The notes under the pieces are model-generated. The model worked only from the letters and a program-made list of their open reading frames with translations. It did not search any database and was not told the DNA's origin. A DNA stretch of 64,000 nucleotides from an uncultured bacterium (GTDB taxonomy: Bacteria; Zixibacteria; MSB-5A5; UBA10806): NCBI GenBank assembly GCA_965541585.1, contig CBEUCH010000005.1, forward strand, positions 96,001 to 160,000, written 5' to 3'. Positions 19,948 to 30,081 of the stretch are shown here, piece after piece. Position 1 is the first letter of the stretch; the number at the start of each line of letters is the position of its first letter. Both the position numbers and the translations under genes were made by a program.

Positions 19948-22012
19948 CCACTCCCGCGGTTATGTTATGTATCTTATTGGCGTTGCGCTGGATTATATCG
20001 ACAAAACGATCAACCTCGGAAATATCTTCGGGAGGGCAGCTCTTAAGATATTCACATGATGCTATAATGCCGGCCAATGGCCCGTTTACTCTAGATTTAA
20101 CGCTAAGACTCCCGCCCTTCCGGGCGGAGGCTTGTGAAGCAACGTTTTGCCGCAAAGTGAGCTTTCGGCTCCCCGCTGAGCTGGCCCTGGACATCCATTT
20201 TTCCTTGTGCAGGGTCAGGGCCATGGAGATCAATCCCGCAATGGATAAGACGAACATCGAAGGGCCTCCTGCCAGCGACGATCTCTCCATCTGCCGTGAT
20301 TCCCCGACAGTCAACAGTCCAACCACCCTCTCCCCCATGTTTAGAGGAATTATCAAACCATGTTTGATACCGGACGGCAATATCATGGCATTCTCTTCAG
20401 ACGAGATCTTGTCCTTTGAATCTCCACAGCCGAATCTGATGCTTTTGCCTTCAAAAAGCGCTTTGCGGTGTAATGGGACATCAGTTAATGAGATCGCGGG
20501 GATTTTCGCTGCCAGCCACCTGAGGTCCCGGGCCTGGGCCCATGCAGCGGTCTTAAAGATCTTGCGGTCTCGATCGACAAGCATTACCCGGCAAAAGGTC
20601 GACGGCGTTAGACCAGCTATCAGCCAGGCTAACTCCTTGAGCAACTCAGGAAGATCCTTCGATGATATGGCCTTTTCCTGATAATACTGCAGCGCTCCGA
20701 GCCATTGCCCCGACTGATCTTCGAGTTTCGCCGCCCGTTCCTTTTCGAGACACTCAGAAACTTTCTGCCTTATAGCTGCTCCCAACAAAGGAAGATACGA
20801 TGATCTGCTGGCTGGCGATAATAGCTCGATCTTTAGATGAGCGAGCGGATCTTTGCCGTCGCAGATCGGAAGCAGATAGGATCTTTGATCATCATGAATC
20901 AAGATATCCTTTGATATATTTCTATATCCGCCCGGTTTGGTGGCGCCCGAATGGAACTCTGGATATTCATTCTCCGGAAAATGTCCGGTTCTCACCGTTA
21001 CGGTTCCCCCGGTGGGAAGATTAAAATCGAGTGAGTGTGGTTTGCCGTTATCGTGGATATATAGACAAATCTGCCTGAAAGGAACGTAGCTGTGTATAAG
21101 TTTGGCGGACTTGACCAAGGCCGAGATAAGCGATTCTCCGTTATCGAAAGGCTTGGCGGCCAGGAGGAGCATCTCCTTATACCGGGCTTCGAGACGGTAA
21201 TTCTTTTCTGCTATATCCCCCTTCAGCGTCGCACCGAGACCATTGCAGACTATCCCTGCAAGATCTAAATCATCGCTGTTGAAATCTCGCTGGAAAGTCC
21301 TGTAGACCGTGAGTATGGCTAACGTTTCACTGCCGGATCTAACGGGTACGCAGATGGCGGTGACCACCGGGCCGCTCAACGTTTCCAGCTTAGCTCCTGC
21401 GGACAATTCATGATCGCCGTCGAGGATCATAGCCTGGGCGGATCTTTTTGATGCGCAGTAAAGGTTATCCTCGCCCTTCGGATTCTCAATGGCGTTTGCT
21501 GAGGCGGACGCAAAACCTCGCTCGAAAATGAGGTTAAGACAACCATCCTCCCACACTTGATGGAGGCTTATGGCCTGGCATGATAATATGCTCAACAAAT
21601 CCTCGGTCACGTCTTCCAATAACCGATTCGGCCCCCGGTTTTCTATCAGCGATGACGATACTTTTCCACTAATCCACTTTCCACTGGTCGTCGGCAAGAG
21701 ATTGCCGCGATGATCGAAATAGTCTCTTGCCCATTGAATCGTTCCCCAGATTATCAAAACCGAACCGAGCACGTAGCCCAGCAAGGTCTCAAGATAAAAA
21801 GCGATTCCGGACTCTGAAAACGAGCCGATTGAAAAACCAATCCTGTGGGTGATACCTACTGCGGCCCCGGCAATAATTAATATGAATCCTGCTCGTAGCT
21901 TATTGAGAGCGGCCAAACCGATACCAGCATGGCGAAGGTCAAGCCTGAAAAACAGCAATAAGGCTGCCCCGCCGGCCATAAACCAAACCAACTTTTGCTG
22001 AATGATATCCAT
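19931..22012 (-). CDS. Membrane GAF-domain protein with degenerate His-less HisKA-like tail
   Basis: Three N-terminal TM helices, GAF domains, C-terminal KSRVNGPLAGII...; no ATPase domain. Confidence 0.75.
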   Translation of the reverse strand: MDIIQQKLVWFMAGGAALLLFFRLDLRHAGIGLAALNKLRAGFILIIAGAAVGITHRIGFSIGSFSESGIAFYLETLLGYVLGSVLIIWGTIQWARDYFDHRGNLLPTTSGKWISGKVSSSLIENRGPNRLLEDVTEDLLSILSCQAISLHQVWEDGCLNLIFERGFASASANAIENPKGEDNLYCASKRSAQAMILDGDHELSAGAKLETLSGPVVTAICVPVRSGSETLAILTVYRTFQRDFNSDDLDLAGIVCNGLGATLKGDIAEKNYRLEARYKEMLLLAAKPFDNGESLISALVKSAKLIHSYVPFRQICLYIHDNGKPHSLDFNLPTGGTVTVRTGHFPENEYPEFHSGATKPGGYRNISKDILIHDDQRSYLLPICDGKDPLAHLKIELLSPASRSSYLPLLGAAIRQKVSECLEKERAAKLEDQSGQWLGALQYYQEKAISSKDLPELLKELAWLIAGLTPSTFCRVMLVDRDRKIFKTAAWAQARDLRWLAAKIPAISLTDVPLHRKALFEGKSIRFGCGDSKDKISSEENAMILPSGIKHGLIIPLNMGERVVGLLTVGESRQMERSSLAGGPSMFVLSIAGLISMALTLHKEKWMSRASSAGSRKLTLRQNVASQASARKGGSLSVKSRVNGPLAGIIASCEYLKSCPPEDISEVDRFVDIIQRNANKIHNITAGVDAGNR

Positions 22013-22130
22013 ATCTTACCTCGAACTGATCCTCTATGCCGATCTTTTTATTCAGATTATCGACCTTTTCAGGGCATTATTAAGGGGCTTTGATCTTGAC
22101 TTCTAATGATCTATGGGGTAATATTGAGCC

Positions 22131-23096
22131 GTGATTTCGGGTAGATTTCCGCTTCTTTTTATTCTCGCACCGGCCCTGATAGCAATTTCCTGCACAGATC
22201 CGCTTAAAGAACCACCGGGAGGCATTTCGGGTAAGGTATTCCTCGAACCTGACCTTCCCCCCGGCGAAGGCTGGGCCTACGTTCGGCTCTTCAATGATTT
22301 TGCCGATGATACAACCAGATCTGACCCCGACACTCATGAATTCGCATTCGACGATCTGAGAGTGGGGGATCTTGTAACCGAATACAATATAGAAGCTTTC
22401 AGGGAGGGATACATAACCCACCGTAATATAGTCCTGATACGGGCCGGGGCTACCCTCGTCAATTATGACATAACTTTGCTTCGAGGATCAAAAAGAGATA
22501 CTACATTTCAGGATGGCGTTGATCCCGATCCGAATTACGCAGGATGCCTTGATACTTATATTTCCACTCCCGATTCAACTGCGGTACACGGACTGGAGGA
22601 TCAATTGATTATAGCCGGAGGTCATCCTGATTCATTAGGTAGGGGATTGATCTATTTCGCTTTCTTCTGGCCCCAGTATTATCCTCCAATGGATACGCTG
22701 GAAATGGCAATTGATTCTGCTGTGCTGAGTCTTTTTGTTGATTCGGTAGAGACGGCTGCGCTTGTGAATGTTGCCATTTTCAATCTGGAGCATTTTTTCG
22801 ATGAGGATGCTGCCAGCTGGGCCTCAAACGGCGGTAACCCGTGGCCCGACGGTCCCGGTGGATCCTCTGGTGGGCTTTCCTCCGATACCCTGATTTTGAG
22901 ATCTTCGTCATTTGGTTGGCGTGATTTCTCTATCGAAGGAATTGCGGATGAATGGCTCGCATCAACTCGCCCGGCCGCCATGATGATCAAGCTGGTCGAT
23001 GAATCCGGGCGTGGTACCGTTTTCTTCCGGTCATCCGACAGCGATTCATTAGCGCTTCGCCCCAGGTTACGTTTAGCGATAAATTATTTGCAATAA
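22131..23096 (+). CDS. Lipoprotein with carboxypeptidase-regulatory-like and DNRLRE-like domains
   Basis: Lipobox AISC; DTYI...RGLIYF...IDSAVLSL...SW...RPRLRL pattern. Confidence 0.7.
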   Translation: MISGRFPLLFILAPALIAISCTDPLKEPPGGISGKVFLEPDLPPGEGWAYVRLFNDFADDTTRSDPDTHEFAFDDLRVGDLVTEYNIEAFREGYITHRNIVLIRAGATLVNYDITLLRGSKRDTTFQDGVDPDPNYAGCLDTYISTPDSTAVHGLEDQLIIAGGHPDSLGRGLIYFAFFWPQYYPPMDTLEMAIDSAVLSLFVDSVETAALVNVAIFNLEHFFDEDAASWASNGGNPWPDGPGGSSGGLSSDTLILRSSSFGWRDFSIEGIADEWLASTRPAAMMIKLVDESGRGTVFFRSSDSDSLALRPRLRLAINYLQ

Positions 23097-23119
23097 CAAT
23101 ATTCCATCAGGGAGTCTGT

Positions 23120-25135
23120 ATGGCGGAACAAAACTTCGAACCGTATATCAAGCACGATCAGCAATTACCGGAGATTACCTGGAAGTCGGTGATTATAGGC
23201 ACGCTCCTGGGAATCGTATTCGCCTGGGCCAACGCCTATGTAGGATTGATCTCGGGACTAACGATATCGGCTTCGATTCCGGTTTCGGTGATGTCGGTTG
23301 CCCTGTTCGCCCTTTTGCACAAGGTTTTCAAAACCAGTAAAGGTTCGCCGCTCGAAACGAATATGTCGCAGACGATAGGCTCAGCCGGAGAGTCACTGGC
23401 CGCAGGCGTTATCTTCACGATCCCGGCAATGTTTATGCTGGGATGGAATCCGGAATACGGCATGCAGGTCATCACCATAACCATAATCGCTGCCATCGGG
23501 GGAATCCTGGGCGTTACGTTTATGATCCCTCTGAGGAAATATCTTATCAAGAAGGAACATAAAGTTCTGCCGTTTCCGGAAGGCACCGCCTGCGCCGAAG
23601 TAATAAAGTCGGCTGACATTGGCGGAGCATCGGCGGGGTATGTTTTCGGCGGGCTTGGAGTGGGCGCGCTTATCGAGCTATTGAGAAACGGATTTTCGGC
23701 CTTTGCGGGAACGATCGAGTTACCCATCATATTCTTTAAAAACATGCTCGTTACCCTGGAAACCAATCCGGCCCTGCTGGGAGTCGGATATATCCTGAAG
23801 CGACGAATTTCGTCAATCATGGTGGCCGGCGGCGCAATTGCCTGGATAATCCTGATCCCTGTAATAGCCGCTTTCGGGGACAGCTGGGGGATGTTTCGAT
23901 TCTTAAACGAAAATGCCGTAAGCGCTCTCGCTGCCAACGGTATTGCCAGTATCGGCGATATGGCCGCCGGGGACATCTGGAACCACTTCATCCGCTATAT
24001 CGGCGCCGGCGCAGTGGCGTTTGGAGGAATTATCACATTAATCCGTTCCATCCCCACGATCGTGGAATCATTCAGACTCGGCTCCAGAGAGCTCATGGCC
24101 GGCTCCAGGGGATCCGAAAGTCTCAGAACTGACAGAGATCTCTCCATCAAGCTTGTGATGTGGATATCGATCGGCATGGTTGTGATCCTCGGTATCGGGA
24201 TCGCATTCGGATTGGAACAGATTTCGGGCCTCACTGCTGCTTTGGCTGCTCTTCTGGTGGTCATATTCTCGTTTTTCTTTGTCACGGTCGCCTCAAGAAT
24301 AGTGGGACTCGTAGGTTCGACATCGTCACCCGTATCAGGTATGACAATCGCCACTCTGCTGGGGACATCGATAATCTTCGTCCTCTTCGGGTTGACGTCG
24401 GGGCCGGCAAAAATCGCCGCCCTGACGATCGGCGCCGTGGTCTGCATGGCGGCCTGCACATCGGGAGACGCCTCGCAGGATCTGAAAACCGGTTTTCTTA
24501 TAGGCGCTACGCCGCGACGGCAGCAGTTAGGGGAGATGCTGGGAGTCCTGACCTCAGCGGCAGTGCTTGGATTTACGTTGATCATGCTGTATAACGCCTA
24601 CGGATTCGCAGAGGCACCATCGCCCATAACCGGCAAGGCGGAATTGCCCGCCCCGCAGGCTACGTTGATGAGCTTTGTGGTTAGAGGAGTTATAGATCAG
24701 AACATTCCATGGGCCCTGGTGGCAATCGGCGCCATTATCGCCGCCATCTTCGAACTGTTCAAGATACCGTCGCTGCCGGCAGCGGTGGGGCTCTATCTTC
24801 CGCTGGAAACCACCACGCCAATTTTCCTGGGCGGGCTCTTGCGGCATTTCCGCGACAAGGCTTCCGGCGAAAAAGCATCGGAGACCGATAACGGTGTGTT
24901 GTTCTCATCGGGATTGGTGGCCGGCGTTGGCGTCATTGGGATCCTTCTGGCGGTGACGGCTATTATCCCGATGGCCGGCGGGAACTTCCTGCTCGATGCC
25001 ATGCGTCTTCCCCTGGCAGCCATGTGGGAGTTTCTCCCCCTCGGCGAGCCTCTCTCGATGGTGCTAGCAACAATAATTTTCGCAATACTGTCCGTATCTT
25101 TGTTTAGATTAGCCAAACCTCGAATGAAAAAATAA
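23120..25135 (+). CDS. OPT-family oligopeptide transporter
   Basis: AYVGL..GLT.SASIP, PFPEG, SSPVSGM, QDLKTG, APQA motifs; many TM helices. Confidence 0.95.
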   Translation: MAEQNFEPYIKHDQQLPEITWKSVIIGTLLGIVFAWANAYVGLISGLTISASIPVSVMSVALFALLHKVFKTSKGSPLETNMSQTIGSAGESLAAGVIFTIPAMFMLGWNPEYGMQVITITIIAAIGGILGVTFMIPLRKYLIKKEHKVLPFPEGTACAEVIKSADIGGASAGYVFGGLGVGALIELLRNGFSAFAGTIELPIIFFKNMLVTLETNPALLGVGYILKRRISSIMVAGGAIAWIILIPVIAAFGDSWGMFRFLNENAVSALAANGIASIGDMAAGDIWNHFIRYIGAGAVAFGGIITLIRSIPTIVESFRLGSRELMAGSRGSESLRTDRDLSIKLVMWISIGMVVILGIGIAFGLEQISGLTAALAALLVVIFSFFFVTVASRIVGLVGSTSSPVSGMTIATLLGTSIIFVLFGLTSGPAKIAALTIGAVVCMAACTSGDASQDLKTGFLIGATPRRQQLGEMLGVLTSAAVLGFTLIMLYNAYGFAEAPSPITGKAELPAPQATLMSFVVRGVIDQNIPWALVAIGAIIAAIFELFKIPSLPAAVGLYLPLETTTPIFLGGLLRHFRDKASGEKASETDNGVLFSSGLVAGVGVIGILLAVTAIIPMAGGNFLLDAMRLPLAAMWEFLPLGEPLSMVLATIIFAILSVSLFRLAKPRMKK

Positions 25136-25156
25136 TCGAATAAACAGGTAACGCTT

Positions 25157-26449
25157 ATGCGCAACAAAACAATTGTTTTAACGATTCTATTCTTCGGGAT
25201 ATTCCTATCCCGGCCGCTCGCCGCATCTCAACCCATACTCATAAAAGGCGGCACTGTCATCACTGTCTCTGACGGCATCATCGAAAACGGCGATGTGCTT
25301 TTAAAGGACGGCAAAATCGAGAAGGTCGGGAAAAACATTAAACCGCCCGGGAATGCACGGGTTATTGACGCTGCGGGTAAATTTGTCATGCCCGGTATCA
25401 TTGATGCCCATTCTCATATAGGAGTCTACTCATGGCCGGGCGTTCCTGCGCACAGGGATGGCAACGAAGCCACCGATCCGATTACGCCGCAGGTCAGAGC
25501 CGAGGATTCCTTCAATGCCGATGATCCCGCCATCAAGCGCGCCGTTGCGGGCGGAGTGACCACCATACAGTCGCTGCCAGGTTCGGCCAACCTGATCGGA
25601 GGACAGACGTTCGTTCTGAAATTGAAACCCGGTCTCACCGCCCAGCAGATGAAAATAAAAAACGCTCCTCCGGGAATGAAAATGGCTCTGGGTGAGAATC
25701 CCAAGCGGGTCTATGGGCGCCGCAATAAGATGCCATCGACCAGGATGGGCAATTTCGCCATGATGAGAGAGTGGTTCACTAAAGCGAACAATTACATGCG
25801 AAAATTGGAACGAGCCGAAAGAAAGAAAAATAGCAAAGAGAGAGAAGACGAGCCCCCGGACCGCAATCTCAGGCTGGAGGCTTTAAGCGATGTTCTCAAG
25901 GGAAAAGTTCTGGTTCATGTGCACTGCTATACGAAAGATGAGATGCTGAAGATGATTGAAATAGCCGATGAATTCGGATTCGAGATTAGAACCTTCGAGC
26001 ATACTCTCGAGGGTTATAAGATCGCCGATACCCTGGCTGCTCGTGGCATAGCCGCCTGCACCTGGACCGATTGGTGGGGTTTCAAGATCGAGGCCTTCGA
26101 TGGCATCCCGCATTCCCCCGGCATAATGGCTTCCAAAGGGGTCCGCGTGGTTTTTCATTCGGATTCGGGCAACCAGATTCAGAGGCTATGGCTGGATGCT
26201 GCCAAAGCCGTAAGATACGGCATGGACAGGCAGAAAGCTTTCGAGGCGTTGACCATCAATCCTGCTTGGGCTCTGGGGCTTGAAGACCGGATTGGCTCGA
26301 TCGAGAAAGGCAAGGACGCCGATATCGCCATATTCTCCGGTCACCCTTTCAACATCTATACATTAGTCGAGATGACTATCGTCGATGGCGAAATCGTTTT
26401 CGACAGGGCAGAGGAGCCATCTTTGCTGGAGGCCGGTTATGAGAACTAA
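25157..26449 (+). CDS. Secreted amidohydrolase (catalytic subunit)
   Basis: PGIIDAHSH, KMALGENP, HVHCY, EH, HSD; signal peptide. Confidence 0.9.
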   Translation: MRNKTIVLTILFFGIFLSRPLAASQPILIKGGTVITVSDGIIENGDVLLKDGKIEKVGKNIKPPGNARVIDAAGKFVMPGIIDAHSHIGVYSWPGVPAHRDGNEATDPITPQVRAEDSFNADDPAIKRAVAGGVTTIQSLPGSANLIGGQTFVLKLKPGLTAQQMKIKNAPPGMKMALGENPKRVYGRRNKMPSTRMGNFAMMREWFTKANNYMRKLERAERKKNSKEREDEPPDRNLRLEALSDVLKGKVLVHVHCYTKDEMLKMIEIADEFGFEIRTFEHTLEGYKIADTLAARGIAACTWTDWWGFKIEAFDGIPHSPGIMASKGVRVVFHSDSGNQIQRLWLDAAKAVRYGMDRQKAFEALTINPAWALGLEDRIGSIEKGKDADIAIFSGHPFNIYTLVEMTIVDGEIVFDRAEEPSLLEAGYEN

Positions 26450-27749
26450 GATTATTTTAGCAATATCTCTGGTGCTGACTCTTGCAGTTGGCGCCCAGGC
26501 CTGGATTCTGGCGATTAAGGGCGGAAAAATCTTCACCATGTCTAATGGCATTATTGAGGACGGTATCATTATCATCGAGAACAATCGCATTGCGGATGTC
26601 GGTAAGGATATCGAGATACCGCCGGGAGCGGAGATAATCGATGCCGCGGAAAGTATCATCACACCGGGTTTATTTGATGCTTACAACCAGCTTGGGCTAA
26701 TCGAGATCAGCCTGACAGAGTCAACGGTTGATACCGAGGAAAAATCCAAACCGCTTACGCCGGAAGTCAGAGTCATCGACGCCATCAACACTCAATCCAA
26801 ACTTATCCCGATTACCCGGATCGAGGGAGTGACAACCGTCCTCTCGGCTCCCGGAACCGGCAACGTTATAGCAGGTCAGAGCGCTGTTATCGATCTATTC
26901 GGTTCAACCGTGAAAGAAATGATCGTAAAGGAGCCGGCCGCCCTGCATTTCAATTTCGGCGAGAGCCCAACCAGCAACTGGCGCAACCGGAAAAAGATCG
27001 ATACCAGAATGGGATTGGTAGCCATGCTCAGGCAAGCACTTATCGCTGCCCAGGAATACAAAAATGAATGGACCGAATATGAAACTGAGTTGAAGGAATA
27101 CAAAGACAACCAGAATCTTCCGAAAAAGAAAAGAAAAAAAGACCTGAAAGAACCCGAATTACCGGAACGCGATCTCGGTAAAGAAGCGATCGTTTTAGCC
27201 CTTAACCAGACCATACCGGCTATTGCCTCGGCCAGGAGAAAAGATGACATCCTGGCTGCCGTCAGCGTGGCCGAGGAATTCGGCCTTGAGCTTATCGTTC
27301 TGCACGGGACGGAAGCCTACAAGGTTGCTGATATCCTTAGAAAAAAGGATATACATGTCCTGCTTGGTCCGATCACTACACAGCCATCGTCCATGGAGAA
27401 TCTCGGAGCTATCTACGAGAATGCCGCCCTGCTTGACAAAGCGGGTGTGAAGTTTGCGATAATTTCGGGCAGCACTCACAATTCCAGAGATCTGAGATTC
27501 CAGGCGGGGATTGCGGCCCAGTATGGACTCTCCTTTTCCACGGCCCTGAAGGCCATAACCATCTATCCGGCGCAGATCCTCGGTGTTGATCCGGAGCTGG
27601 GCTCAATTGAGCCGGGCAAGATCGCTAATATAGCTATCTTCGATGGCGATCCGTTGCAGCCCCTGACCAGAGTCACCGATGTCATAATAGAGGGCCGCCG
27701 GATACCGATGAAATCGCATCAGACCGAGTTATTTGAGAAATACCGCTGA
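26439..27749 (+). CDS. Amidohydrolase-fold partner lacking metal ligands
   Basis: Start at ATG 26439 (MRTKIIL signal peptide); PGLFDAYNQ replaces the HxH motif. Confidence 0.85.
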   Translation: MRTKIILAISLVLTLAVGAQAWILAIKGGKIFTMSNGIIEDGIIIIENNRIADVGKDIEIPPGAEIIDAAESIITPGLFDAYNQLGLIEISLTESTVDTEEKSKPLTPEVRVIDAINTQSKLIPITRIEGVTTVLSAPGTGNVIAGQSAVIDLFGSTVKEMIVKEPAALHFNFGESPTSNWRNRKKIDTRMGLVAMLRQALIAAQEYKNEWTEYETELKEYKDNQNLPKKKRKKDLKEPELPERDLGKEAIVLALNQTIPAIASARRKDDILAAVSVAEEFGLELIVLHGTEAYKVADILRKKDIHVLLGPITTQPSSMENLGAIYENAALLDKAGVKFAIISGSTHNSRDLRFQAGIAAQYGLSFSTALKAITIYPAQILGVDPELGSIEPGKIANIAIFDGDPLQPLTRVTDVIIEGRRIPMKSHQTELFEKYR

Positions 27750-27816
27750 TCGAGCGTTTCTCTGAAAAAAATCGAATTTTGAGCGAATAAAACCGCTACT
27801 GACGGGTATCTGCGTC

Positions 27817-28470
27817 GTGGAAGGGACAAAGGATTTTGCGATGAATGGATACCCGCTAAAAATAGCCGGAATGAGTGTTCAGGAAATGATCCGATCCTCG
27901 ACCGCTGAAATAGAAATCAGCGATAACGCTCTGATTCGCCAGACGCTTGGCGGTAAAGTTAAATCCTTCAGGAAACTCGTTCAGAAGTATCAGAGACAAG
28001 CCGTTCTATTCGCTCGCGGCATGGTCGGCAATCCCGATGACGCTTACGATCTGTCGCAGGAAGCGTTTGTCAGAGTTTATAAACACCTGAACAGATTCGA
28101 TTCGTCGTATCCGTTCAAAGTATGGTTTTTTCATATACTCTCCAATCTCTGCAAGAATCACTTAAGACAGAGAAAGAACCGTCAGGCGGTGACAACGTCG
28201 ACAGAGATGACTGAGACGGCGGCGGCGCCGGAATCCCGGAGACCGGATATAGCATTCCAGAAAACCGAGGTTCAGCAAAAGGTATGGGAGGGGATCGGGG
28301 AGCTCCCTGAGAAGTTCAGGGAAATCATCATCCTCTGCCATTTCCAGGATATGTCATATGAGCAGATGGCCAACGTCCTTGATATTCCCCGGGGTTCGGT
28401 CATGTCGAGACTTTATTACGCGCGGCAGAAGCTACGAAAGATCCTGGAAAACAAGGGGGTGGCGTTATGA
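27817..28470 (+). CDS. ECF RNA polymerase sigma factor
   Basis: DLSQEAF, W.F.I..N.C.N, region 4 SYEQMA...GSVMSRL. Start uncertain. Confidence 0.92.
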   Translation: MEGTKDFAMNGYPLKIAGMSVQEMIRSSTAEIEISDNALIRQTLGGKVKSFRKLVQKYQRQAVLFARGMVGNPDDAYDLSQEAFVRVYKHLNRFDSSYPFKVWFFHILSNLCKNHLRQRKNRQAVTTSTEMTETAAAPESRRPDIAFQKTEVQQKVWEGIGELPEKFREIIILCHFQDMSYEQMANVLDIPRGSVMSRLYYARQKLRKILENKGVAL

Positions 28471-28913
28471 ATTGTGAGCAGGCCAGAATCCTCCTCTCCG
28501 GATTGATCGATGGCGAGCTTAATCCAGAGGAGAAAAAGATAGCTGGCGAGCATATTGCCTCCTGCCCCGACTGCAGGAAAGAATATGCCAGGTTGAAGAA
28601 TTTGAAGGAGGTTACCGACGATATGAAATATTTCGACCTTCCCGACAAGCTCTGGGCGGGCTACTGGCGGGAAATTTATAATCGTGTGGAAAGAGGCATC
28701 GGATGGATCTTTCTTTCCATCGGCGCCATAATTCTGCTGGCATTCATCGGCTGGCAGATACTCGACAATTTCTTCCTTAACCCCGCAGAACCCCTGTATT
28801 TGAAACTGGGGGTGGGGTTGCTTCTCCTGGGGTTGATAATCCTGCTGATATCGATTATCAGGGAGCGACTCTTTTCCCGCAAACACGATAGATACGACGA
28901 GGTGGAGATATGA
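28467..28913 (+). CDS. Zinc-binding anti-sigma factor (zf-HC2) with two TM helices
   Basis: MNCEQA...HIASCPDC; overlaps the sigma stop by ATGA. Confidence 0.9.
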   Translation: MNCEQARILLSGLIDGELNPEEKKIAGEHIASCPDCRKEYARLKNLKEVTDDMKYFDLPDKLWAGYWREIYNRVERGIGWIFLSIGAIILLAFIGWQILDNFFLNPAEPLYLKLGVGLLLLGLIILLISIIRERLFSRKHDRYDEVEI

Positions 28914-29230
28914 TTCTTGCGACTACCAATGAATTCCCCGCAAAGGAAATCACCGAGGTTCTCGGCTTGGTTCGGGGAAACACGATCCGGGCCAGACACT
29001 TAGGGCGCGATATAATGGCTCTTTTGAGAGGTATCGTGGGGGGAGAAGTCAAGGACTACACCAAGATGATGGCTGAGGCAAGAGAACAGGCCTTAGACCG
29101 GATGATTGCAGAAGCCGAAGCCCTGGGTGCGAATGCCATCACCGGTATCAGGTTTTCCACATCCTTCGTTATGCAAGGAGCTGCAGAGTTTTTGGTTTAC
29201 GGGACAGCCGTAAAGGTATCCGGCTCATAA
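28910..29230 (+). CDS. ybjQ: YbjQ/UPF0145 family protein
   Basis: VGGEVKDYT...AREQA...GANAI.GIRF...YGTAV. Confidence 0.92.
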   Translation: MILATTNEFPAKEITEVLGLVRGNTIRARHLGRDIMALLRGIVGGEVKDYTKMMAEAREQALDRMIAEAEALGANAITGIRFSTSFVMQGAAEFLVYGTAVKVSGS

Positions 29231-29307
29231 CGAATCATCCAGTTATCTATTCTCAGGCAGCTGAACAGGGCCTATAGGCCCCCATATTCATAATACCCAT
29301 AATTTCT

Positions 29308-29324
29308 TCGGCATCATAATTGCA
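29308..29324 (+). promoter_or_regulatory. Putative sigma-54 (-24/-12) promoter
   Basis: TCGGCATCATAATTGCA: GG(29310-11)-N10-GC(29322-23), upstream of 29442. Confidence 0.55.
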
Positions 29325-29441
29325 GTTATATGATACAGAATATGCTGTATCTTCTTTTAATTCAAGGCGTTAAGGACAGGGAATTGACGAAAAAAGACGA
29401 GATGTCTGCAGAGTATTGCATATTATGTAAAGGGGTTTAGC

Positions 29442-29924
29442 GTGTCAAAGCGGGCCGAAATCAAATTAGATTCGATTGTATTGTTAACTTCGGTGTTGGC
29501 TGTACTGGTGGCGGGAACCTTGACCATGGCTACCATTACAAGAAATTCCGATAAATCTGAGCAGCGGAGCGAAATCTTCTATGACTCACCGGATCCTATG
29601 AAGAGAGCTGAGCAGGCGGCTAAAGCGGGCATGGATGCTGCAAAGTGGCATATAGAGTGCCATGGCCGGATCGAGGCCGGAGGCCTATCGCCAAAATTCT
29701 TTGCCAATGGCGCAATATACACGGTCGCCTGGGACGATGTGGATATGTTCGATTCGACCGTGGTAGTCAGGAGCATAGGGGAATTTTCCTGGGGAGGCCA
29801 AAGACAATACCAGGTCGATGTCGAATCGAAAATAAAAATTGAATTTCTTCCCTCACGCGGGCAGGAAATATTAAGCGCATATTATTCGCGAAACTCCTCT
29901 ATGAATATAGAGCAGACAGAATAG
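29442..29924 (+). CDS. Hypothetical membrane-anchored protein, PilX-N-terminal-like
   Basis: N-terminal TM helix followed by AEQAAKAGMDAA and VVRSIG, reminiscent of PilX/GspK-type minor pilins. Confidence 0.55.
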   Translation: MSKRAEIKLDSIVLLTSVLAVLVAGTLTMATITRNSDKSEQRSEIFYDSPDPMKRAEQAAKAGMDAAKWHIECHGRIEAGGLSPKFFANGAIYTVAWDDVDMFDSTVVVRSIGEFSWGGQRQYQVDVESKIKIEFLPSRGQEILSAYYSRNSSMNIEQTE

Positions 29925-30081
29925 GGATATGAAGTAATATTTCACGTTCCGGCCATCAGCTTTTCCTAGGTAGCAAGCTGCCTGCCGACATTTCTATCCA
30001 ACAAGACAGTTTCCTTGACATGGCCGCTGCGGATACGAGCCTTGCGATCAAAAAAGATCACGACCCGGGTTGAAGCAACTC

